From an uncultured Chitinophagaceae bacterium (GTDB lineage: Bacteria; Bacteroidota; Ignavibacteria; UBA10030; UBA8401), in NCBI GenBank assembly GCA_964409765.1, contig CAYPEM010000015.1, positions 8,713 to 72,712 of the forward strand: a DNA stretch of 64,000 nucleotides, in the 5' to 3' direction. Numbering within the stretch: the first letter of the stretch is position 1; each line of letters begins with the position of its first letter. The translations under genes and the position numbers were made by a program. Shown here piece after piece: positions 55,090 through 62,427 of the stretch. The notes below the pieces were generated by a model. That model saw only the letters and a program-made list of their open reading frames with translations. It ran no database searches and had not been told where the DNA came from.

Positions 55090-58000
55090 TTATTTAACAA
55101 GGACCATTTTTTTAATCTGGGTAAAATGTTCTTTACCATTATAGCGTACATCAATTCGATAGAGATATACTCCGCTCGCAATCGATCGATTATCATTATC
55201 GGTACCGCTCCATTGAACCGTATAAAAACCTGCCGATTGCTGCTCATGAATCAGAGTTTTCACTTCTTGACCAAGCATATTATAGATCAATATTCTTACA
55301 TTACCGTCCTGAGGAATCTGATATTTGATCGATGTAACCGGATTAAATGGATTCGGATAGTTTTGTGACAATCCAAACGTTGTTGGAACATCGGTAATAT
55401 CTTCCACATTCAATATGATAGAGCCCACATCGGTGGTCAAATCATTTTCATTTATGACAAACTTCTTTACCGAGAAGATTGATTGCTGCTTAGCTTTTTC
55501 AGGATCACGAAGAATAAATGCAAATCGTATCACATCCCCTTCCGATTTCAAAGGTTTTGTTCCTGCCATTGCAACATGTGCAGAACCACTCGGGAAATAA
55601 GACACCATCGTCATACTATCGGTTTCGATTGTCTTTTTCATACCAACCGGAATAACCAATGTTGTATCAAATGAAAGATTAACATTCAGTCCAAATACAT
55701 TGGATGGCTTTGTAAGACGAATGATCAGATCATATTCGTTTGGATTTTTTCCTTTCTCAATGGAAAATGCAAATGATGAAGCAATATCGGCATCGTATGA
55801 TTGTTTCCCAAGTCCAGGAAATCCTGAGATCAATCCTACAACATAACGTAAAATGTATGAAGCATCAAGTGCACTGACCGTTGTATCACCGCTGACATTG
55901 GCAGCAATTTTTTGCGGTGTAGTAAGATTATGATTGATTGGATCGACTAAAAACTGCAAGATCATAGAACCATCAAATGCCGAGATTTGCCCGTTGCGGC
56001 TTACATCACCGGGTAAAATTCCTGATCGTGTGGTGAGGAATGGATCCCAATTAACATCCCCTGTACCGGAAATAAAAATCTGATTTCCTAATCCTGAAAG
56101 ATTTGATCTATTCGCTCCGGTCGCAGGACCGGTTATTTTTTTAGGACCGGTCACAGCTCCCCAATAATTATTTTGTGCATTGGTATTTACTCCGGTAGAA
56201 GACGAATAAAGTCCATAGGTAGTATTCTGATAAATATTATTGCCATTAATTGTTGGAACATTTGACCCGCTGACATATATTCCGCTCGCATTGTGATGAA
56301 TTTCATTTCCGACAACCATGGAAGGAGAATTATTAAACTGTATTCCCCATGTCTTTGCGTATGATACAAATGATGATTCGATCGATGCAGAAGATTGGCT
56401 TAAGTTCAATGAACCGGTATTGGATAAATCTCCATATCGAACAATGGTATTAAAAAAACGAGAACCGTTTGTTGTCGAGCCGGATAGTTGGATTCTATTC
56501 CAATCACCGGGAGCGGGAACTGTGGAAGCAGTGTCCCGATTCGTGTCATCTCCGTATGTATCATCCTTCCATGAAGTGAAAACGATCTTATTATTTGTCG
56601 TTCCTTCCGAAAGCAATGTTCCATTCACCAGAACATATCCGTTGCCGTATTCTTTGGGAAATTTAATGACGCTGCCGGGTGCAATCCGAAGTGTATCTCC
56701 TGATGCAACATTGAGATCACCCCGCACAGCAATAACCTTGGAATAGTTCGGTGGTAATGATGAGCCCAATCTCCCAAAGATGTTTTCTTGTGTCAGCATA
56801 ACATCATTGTACGTATTCCCAAGTATAACATTATTGTCATAGAAATTGCCCAATGCTGTACCGGTGCCGGCAAGTGATAGTTGTCCGATCAGTCCAATGG
56901 CATATCGGTTTCCTGAAATAGAATCATCGATCATATATGCTCTCGATGAAAATATTCCTGCGAGACCGTTATTCCGAACTTTATTTCCTGCGATCATTAA
57001 TAGCGTATCAATCGCATCATTACGAGCAAGTAAATACATTCCATGATCACCATTACTATTGATGGTATTACCAATCACGGACAGTGAGATAGTGTTGTTT
57101 TCAATGTAGAATCCTGTTTTTGTATTGTTAGAGATAATACAATTCGAGAGCACAGAGAGATTAGCAGGGCTTTGCACCCACACTCCGTAAAGGTTGTTTT
57201 TAATAATTTTTGAACTTCGTATTGATACTGTGTTAGATGCATTGGCACCAACATGAATACCGGATTCAGCACAACTATCAACAACAGTACTATCGATGAT
57301 GATTGGTGTACTATTCACATAAATCCCTGAGGACATTGATCGTCGCACCAAATTATTTGAAAAAGTTAATGCCCCAACATTCGTTTCAAAAAAGACTGTT
57401 TTTTGTCCATCCCTTCCGCCATATTTAAATTGACAATTTCTGACAATCGAAGATCCACTGCCATTACGAAAAGCAATATAATTCCAGTCTCCGGGTGCGG
57501 GCGGAACAAAATCCGTTTGAGAAGTTGTTTTTCCACCAACAGTACTATCCCTCCATGAAGTAAAAATTATCGGCTTTATCTGAGTTCCATTTGCAATCAA
57601 CGTACCGTAGACGTTGAATTGCTGCCAGTTATTTGCAGGTATCTGTTGGAATTTGATAATGACACCGGGTTCAATGACCAATGTTGTAGCTGCCGCCACT
57701 TCGAAATCATAAAGAGCAACGTACGTTTTGGAAGAAATGGCTAGTGGGAATGTTGCTTTTAAAGTATCTGAAATTTCTGCGTCCCATATAGCAATTGCAT
57801 TATAGACATTATTTGAAATAATATTTCCGTCCACACCGCTCGGATCTGTATAAATATTTCCGGTTCGCCTCCACACCGCAAGCGGAAATCGGTTTCGTTG
57901 TATGGTGTTATCAATAAAAGTTGCCCGACTGCTCAAAATACCTTCCTCTGCATTGTCGGTAATGGTATTGCCGACAAATCGAAGATTCGCAGGAAGAATC

Positions 58001-60741
58001 GGAGGACTGTTTGTATAAATCCCTCCATTAGCATTATTGGTTATCGTGTTTCCTTGATACACCTGATCGATAGTGCCATTCGAAGTACCAATTCCCCATC
58101 CATTATTTCTTCGAATGAAACAATTGGATACTTCACGGAATGCAGAATTATTTACTGCCTGCAAACCAGCGCCGTTATTATCCTGTATTATGCTGTTTCT
58201 CACAGTTATGTCGGATGGTCTATTTCCCGCTACATATACTCCATACGATGCATTGCTATCAAGTGTGATATTGTCAAAAGTAATCTGACAATCACTAATA
58301 TATATTCCCATCGATCCTGATTTTCTGCTAATGATATTTGTGATCGGATTTGCAAGAACGATATCATTGGTCATATATAAATTGCCAACACCATCCTGTC
58401 CGCCATATTTAAAAATGCAATTGTTGAATTTACTGCCGCTTGACGTGTTAGTATAGAGACGAACATAACGCCAATCAAGCGGTGCGGGTGCAGAATTATC
58501 AGAAAGAAGGTTGGTTTTCCCTCCATACGATGCATCTCGGTACGATGTAAAGACTATAGGATCTGTAGGCGTACCGCTAGCGATCAAGGTTCCATCAACT
58601 CGGAAATATATTGAAGGATACATTTTAATGATCACCCCGGGTTGAATAACCAGTGTTGTACCGTTATCCACAACAACTGAAGAATTAATATCAATAAGCA
58701 CATAGGTCTTTGAAGTAATTCCGGCAGGGAAAATTGTGCTCAGGGTATCTTGTAAACTTTCTTGAATTCGGTTGGCACGAAGTCCCAAGGCATTGTTATA
58801 TTGATTTCCAATAATAGTATTCCCGCTATAAGTACTATTAACTCGTCCTATTAAAGAAATTGGGTAGCTGTTTCCCTGAATAAGATTATTTGTGATATAA
58901 GCTTTTGAAGTAATAATCCCCTCTGCACCGTGATTAATGATCTTATTGCTGTCAATTGTTACAACAGAATTTACATTAAAACACCATATGCCGTAACCCG
59001 CTCCATTTCCCTCTATACGATTATAGGCAATTGTTTGAGCACCAGTACCGTACCAGAGATATATTCCGCCATTCGTGTTAAAAGAAATTACAGAGCTATC
59101 CAATGAAATGAGCGTTGCACTCGAAGCTCCTCCATCAGCAACAATACCATAGGTGTTACCGGACATGATTGACTTACGCACATTAAAGCGAGAATTTCCT
59201 GCTGCATAAATACCGTATGATCCATTACTGGATATCGTCGATTTATAAATAGAAGGATTAGAGCTTGGAATAAAAATTCCATATGTACTATTTGAACTAA
59301 AGGTTGAGTTTGTAACCGTAGAATTTGCACCACTATTTAAATACAATCCATAGTTTGAACTTTGAGTGCTATAGATACTATCGATAATTGGCGATGCACC
59401 ATCGACCCGAACATTTCCGTTTCCAGTTGAACCACCCCATTTGAAAATACAATTGTTCAAAACACTGGTGTTGTTTTGGGCAGCATTGAGCCATACCATA
59501 TCCCAGTTTCCTCTTGCGGGACCTGTAACACTACTATCGCCATTTGTATCACCGCCATAGGAATCGTCTCTTTCTGATGTAAAGACTACTAAACTGTCTG
59601 AAGTTCCAGTTGCGTCAATCGATCCGCTCACAGTCAATCGTACACCAAGTGCAAATTTAACGATCACTCCAGGTTTAATAGTAAGCTTAAACGTATTGTT
59701 CACAGAAATATCATTCTTTATCCAAAATACTCCGCTGGTCCAAGTTGTGTTGGCCGTAATATTTCCGGTCACAGGAATATAAGGTGATACTGGTGCAAGA
59801 ATTGTCCACGGTTGAAAATCAACAAGGTTGCTTACCTTATCTCCTAAACCAGTAGGGTTGTTGCTTGAATTATATGGTCCAGCATCACTCCCCCAATAAT
59901 TTCGTCGTGCTAAAACCGTTGTTGATGTACTGGTATTGAGAAATCCCCATGTAATATTATTGATGATCGTATCTTGTGTGATTGTTGGCTGCGTGGCTCC
60001 AACACCGGTAAATTGAATTCCAACATTATTACGACGAATATAATTTTTAGTGATTGTTGGAGCAGCACTGTTACTGATAAAAATTCCAATACCATTTGAA
60101 TCAACAGCAGAATTAGTAATTGTCGCTGTTGAATTCACACCTATAAGTACGCCACCAGTAGTATTATTGGAAATTGTACACGAGTCAACAGTATAGTTCA
60201 ACGATAAATCGGCAAAGATTCCATATCCTCCATTTTGTGTAAGAACAGTATTTGAAATGCGAGGAGATGACGACCGGGCATTAATACCGTGGCTGGAACT
60301 ATATTGGATTATTGAATTGGAGATATTAATAGCGGGAGCACCAGTTTTATAAAAAATATTTCCGGCATTTGGTCCACCGCCTGCAAACTCGACAATACAG
60401 TAATTGATCATTGAAGAAATAAGCGCAGAAGCCTGAAGTTCAATTCCATTCCAGATTCCGGGAAAGGGCACACCTGCATTCGAAGTGAACAGGATCAAAC
60501 TGTCCGATTTACCGTTAGCAGAAATCTTCCCTGCCACCGCAAGCATTTTACCCGTATTGAACTTTACGGTTGTGCCTGGTTTAACCGTCAGTGTAATGCC
60601 GACAGGTACAAATACTGAATCCGCAATAACTATTCCGGACCACGTCGTATCCGATATAATTGCACCGGACACAGTTTGTGCAGAAGAATTATTGAGAGCA
60701 AGAACTAATACTATGGACAACCAAAGTATCAAACGATTCAT
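55090..60741 (-). CDS. giant T9SS cargo: five right-handed parallel beta-helix (NosD/CASH-like) super-repeats + dockerin-like + cohesin-like + CTD
   Basis: About 1883 aa from the ATG at 60741 (RBS AAGGGTGA; the track start TTG at 60768 adds 9 aa). Signal peptide: MNRLILWLSIVLVLALNNSSAQ. Many short beta-helix turns are present (N-x-I-x-x-N-x-x-x-G-I). NYWG..GP motifs occur after repeats 1 and 5. The CTD is SQNYPNPFNPVTSIKYQI ... SGVYLYRIDVRYNGKEHFTQIKKMVLVK. Confidence 0.9.
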   Translation of the reverse strand: MNRLILWLSIVLVLALNNSSAQTVSGAIISDTTWSGIVIADSVFVPVGITLTVKPGTTVKFNTGKMLAVAGKISANGKSDSLILFTSNAGVPFPGIWNGIELQASALISSMINYCIVEFAGGGPNAGNIFYKTGAPAINISNSIIQYSSSHGINARSSSPRISNTVLTQNGGYGIFADLSLNYTVDSCTISNNTTGGVLIGVNSTATITNSAVDSNGIGIFISNSAAPTITKNYIRRNNVGIQFTGVGATQPTITQDTIINNITWGFLNTSTSTTVLARRNYWGSDAGPYNSSNNPTGLGDKVSNLVDFQPWTILAPVSPYIPVTGNITANTTWTSGVFWIKNDISVNNTFKLTIKPGVIVKFALGVRLTVSGSIDATGTSDSLVVFTSERDDSYGGDTNGDSSVTGPARGNWDMVWLNAAQNNTSVLNNCIFKWGGSTGNGNVRVDGASPIIDSIYSTQSSNYGLYLNSGANSTVTNSTFSSNSTYGIFIPSSNPSIYKSTISSNGSYGIYAAGNSRFNVRKSIMSGNTYGIVADGGASSATLISLDSSVISFNTNGGIYLWYGTGAQTIAYNRIEGNGAGYGIWCFNVNSVVTIDSNKIINHGAEGIITSKAYITNNLIQGNSYPISLIGRVNSTYSGNTIIGNQYNNALGLRANRIQESLQDTLSTIFPAGITSKTYVLIDINSSVVVDNGTTLVIQPGVIIKMYPSIYFRVDGTLIASGTPTDPIVFTSYRDASYGGKTNLLSDNSAPAPLDWRYVRLYTNTSSGSKFNNCIFKYGGQDGVGNLYMTNDIVLANPITNIISRKSGSMGIYISDCQITFDNITLDSNASYGVYVAGNRPSDITVRNSIIQDNNGAGLQAVNNSAFREVSNCFIRRNNGWGIGTSNGTIDQVYQGNTITNNANGGIYTNSPPILPANLRFVGNTITDNAEEGILSSRATFIDNTIQRNRFPLAVWRRTGNIYTDPSGVDGNIISNNVYNAIAIWDAEISDTLKATFPLAISSKTYVALYDFEVAAATTLVIEPGVIIKFQQIPANNWQQFNVYGTLIANGTQIKPIIFTSWRDSTVGGKTTSQTDFVPPAPGDWNYIAFRNGSGSSIVRNCQFKYGGRDGQKTVFFETNVGALTFSNNLVRRSMSSGIYVNSTPIIIDSTVVDSCAESGIHVGANASNTVSIRSSKIIKNNLYGVWVQSPANLSVLSNCIISNNTKTGFYIENNTISLSVIGNTINSNGDHGMYLLARNDAIDTLLMIAGNKVRNNGLAGIFSSRAYMIDDSISGNRYAIGLIGQLSLAGTGTALGNFYDNNVILGNTYNDVMLTQENIFGRLGSSLPPNYSKVIAVRGDLNVASGDTLRIAPGSVIKFPKEYGNGYVLVNGTLLSEGTTNNKIVFTSWKDDTYGDDTNRDTASTVPAPGDWNRIQLSGSTTNGSRFFNTIVRYGDLSNTGSLNLSQSSASIESSFVSYAKTWGIQFNNSPSMVVGNEIHHNASGIYVSGSNVPTINGNNIYQNTTYGLYSSSTGVNTNAQNNYWGAVTGPKKITGPATGANRSNLSGLGNQIFISGTGDVNWDPFLTTRSGILPGDVSRNGQISAFDGSMILQFLVDPINHNLTTPQKIAANVSGDTTVSALDASYILRYVVGLISGFPGLGKQSYDADIASSFAFSIEKGKNPNEYDLIIRLTKPSNVFGLNVNLSFDTTLVIPVGMKKTIETDSMTMVSYFPSGSAHVAMAGTKPLKSEGDVIRFAFILRDPEKAKQQSIFSVKKFVINENDLTTDVGSIILNVEDITDVPTTFGLSQNYPNPFNPVTSIKYQIPQDGNVRILIYNMLGQEVKTLIHEQQSAGFYTVQWSGTDNDNRSIASGVYLYRIDVRYNGKEHFTQIKKMVLVK
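55396..55785 (-). other. cohesin-like module following the dockerin-like module
   Basis: FAFSIEKGKNPNEYDLIIRLTKPSNVFGLNVNLSFDTTLVIPVGMKKTIETDS...AHVAMAGTKPLKSEGDVIRFAFILRDP...SIFSVKKFVINE. It is paralogous to 52074-52466. Confidence 0.4.
55816..56010 (-). other. dockerin-like module (duplicated F-hand)
   Basis: GDVSRNGQISAFDGSMILQFLVDPINHNLTTPQKIAANVSGDTTVSALDASYILRYVVGLISGFPG. It is paralogous to 52503-52688. Confidence 0.65.
56029..60666 (-). repeat. five ~300-345-aa super-repeats within the beta-helix protein
   Basis: Anchor motif x-L-x-I/V-x-P-G at aa 59, 361, 705, 1029 and 1359 (TLTVKPGTTVKF, KLTIKPGVIVKF, TLVIQPGVIIKM, TLVIEPGVIIKF, TLRIAPGSVIKF). Repeats 2-5 continue with G-T/S-L/I-x-A-x-GT...I-V/I-FTS-x-x-D-x-x-x-G-G/D-x-T-N, PAPGDW/PAPLDW/PARGNW, and C/T-I/Q-F/V-K/R-Y/W-G-G/D. 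Repeat 1 has a degenerate form (AGKISANGKSDSLILFTS, FPGIWNGI, CIVEFAGG). Confidence 0.8.
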
Positions 60742-60794
60742 TGTAATCACCCTTTCGACAATATCCAATTATGAAATATCAAGTACATTTTTTC

Positions 60795-60835
60795 TTAATA
60801 AAAAATAACAGATTACTATAATCTGTACTGTTATT
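60795..60835 (-). terminator. rho-independent terminator after rfbC
   Basis: The minus strand reads AATAACAG(TAC)AGATT-ATAG-TAATCTGTTATT followed by TTTTATT. The hairpin is imperfect and lies about 105 nt after the rfbC stop. Confidence 0.5.
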
Positions 60836-60939
60836 GCAATCACATTTATAATAATTATTTCAGCTTTTTTTTTGCTTCGTTTAATGAAAGTCCAGGGAAG
60901 GTGTGTTGTAAAACTGGCAATTTTACAGCAATAATGCAA

Positions 60940-61488
60940 TTATGAAATGGTAAAATCTTTTTTAATTTCGGTAAATAAGGGAGCAATCAAATCTTTGGGA
61001 GAAATAATAGGATTACTCACATTCCATTCTATATTAAGTGAGGAATCATTGAAACGAATTGAGCGTTCGTGTTCTCTAGAGTAATATGCAGAGCATTTAT
61101 AGTGAAATGTTGCTTTTTCTGAAAGCACTGAAAATCCGTGGGCAAAACCCGGAGGGATCCATAATTGCTTGTTATTGGTGGAAGAAAGTTCTATTGAATA
61201 ATATTTTCCAAAGGTCGGTGAGCCGAAACGAATATCAACAGCAACGTCAATCACTGATCCGAGCAACACTTGGCATAATTTTCCTTGAGCAAACGCACCG
61301 ACCTGATAGTGTAATCCGCGAATTGTATTCTTCACCGATTGTGAAATATTATCCTGAACAAAACGGACTCCGCAAATGTTTTCATACCGTTCTACACTGA
61401 ACGATTCAAAAAAAGATCCGCGTTCATCGGTAATGACCTTTGGCTGTATGACAACAAGACCTGACAACGGTGTGTATTGAACTTCCAT
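60940..61488 (-). CDS. rfbC: dTDP-4-dehydrorhamnose 3,5-epimerase
   Basis: The ATG at 61488 gives MEVQYTPLSGLVVIQPKVITDERGSFFESF, which aligns with the RmlC N-terminus. Contains RGLHYQ and PPGFAHGF. The track GTG start at 61500 would overlap rfbA. Confidence 0.92.
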   Translation of the reverse strand: MEVQYTPLSGLVVIQPKVITDERGSFFESFSVERYENICGVRFVQDNISQSVKNTIRGLHYQVGAFAQGKLCQVLLGSVIDVAVDIRFGSPTFGKYYSIELSSTNNKQLWIPPGFAHGFSVLSEKATFHYKCSAYYSREHERSIRFNDSSLNIEWNVSNPIISPKDLIAPLFTEIKKDFTIS

Positions 61489-61489
61489 C

Positions 61490-62353
61490 TTAATCCTCAC
61501 TCAAGATCTTTTCCAGATACGAACGATATGCAGAACGTGGTATTCCGTTAATCACCTTCTCGAACTGTTGTCGATTGATGAATTTCATCGTATAGGCGAT
61601 CTCTTCAATACAAGCAACTTTTAATCCTTGCCGATCTTCAATGACTCCAAAAAAATTCGATGCCTGTAATAATGCTTCGGGAGTTCCAGTATCAAGCCAT
61701 GCAACTCCGCGTCCGATCTTTTCAACATTCAATGCCCCTTCTGCAAGATAGAAATTATTCACATCGGTAATTTCTAATTCTCCGCGGGGTGATGGTTTCA
61801 TATTCTTCGATATTTCAACCACTCGATTATCATACACATATAAACCAGGAACGGCAAAATTCGATTTCGGTTGTTTTGGCTTTTCTTCTATGGAAAGTGC
61901 TTTTCCTGTTTTATCAAAATCGACAACTCCGTACCGTTCCGGATCGTTCACTCGATATCCAAAAATCGTTGCACCGTGTTTTCGTTTCAACGCATTGTAA
62001 AAGAAGTCCAGTTGTCCGTAAAAGATGTTATCACCCAATACCAATGTGACATTATCGTTACCGATAAATTGCTCGCCAAGAACAAATGATTCCGCAATTC
62101 CATTTGGTGCCGCCTGAAGAACATAGCTAATGGATAATCCAAGATGGGAACCGTCGCCGAATAACAATTGATACATCGGAATGGTTTCTTTGTTAGAGAC
62201 AATCAAAATATCTTTGACACCGCCCAGCATCAGAATAGAGAGGGGATAATAGATCAACGGCTTATCATAGATGATCGTTAACTGTTTACTATAGACTTTG
62301 GTAATTGGATATAAACGTGTACCCGATCCTCCGGCTAGTACGATACCTTTCAT
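61490..62353 (-). CDS. rfbA: glucose-1-phosphate thymidylyltransferase
   Basis: 287 aa. Contains MKGIVLAGGSGTRLYPIT, YDKPLIYYPLS, PNGIAESF and WLDTGT. Confidence 0.95.
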   Translation of the reverse strand: MKGIVLAGGSGTRLYPITKVYSKQLTIIYDKPLIYYPLSILMLGGVKDILIVSNKETIPMYQLLFGDGSHLGLSISYVLQAAPNGIAESFVLGEQFIGNDNVTLVLGDNIFYGQLDFFYNALKRKHGATIFGYRVNDPERYGVVDFDKTGKALSIEEKPKQPKSNFAVPGLYVYDNRVVEISKNMKPSPRGELEITDVNNFYLAEGALNVEKIGRGVAWLDTGTPEALLQASNFFGVIEDRQGLKVACIEEIAYTMKFINRQQFEKVINGIPRSAYRSYLEKILSED

Positions 62354-62427
62354 TCACTATTCCTTATAATTTTTTTTAAAGTTGGATGAATATACGAATC
62401 TTTTACGGAGAAGAAAATGAATAATCG

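Noticed and set aside
56318-58320. Plus-strand ORFs of 142 aa (56318-56746) and 140 aa (57898-58320) inside the beta-helix gene
   Set aside because: They are antisense shadow frames of a repetitive Asn/Gly/Ser/Thr-rich gene. They have no start context or motifs.
46551-60741. Possibility that the giant proteins are RHS/polymorphic toxins or RTX-type adhesins
   Set aside because: I saw no YD/RHS repeats, no GGxGxD nonapeptides, no C-terminal toxin or immunity gene pair, and no T1SS genes. All three carry T9SS CTDs instead.
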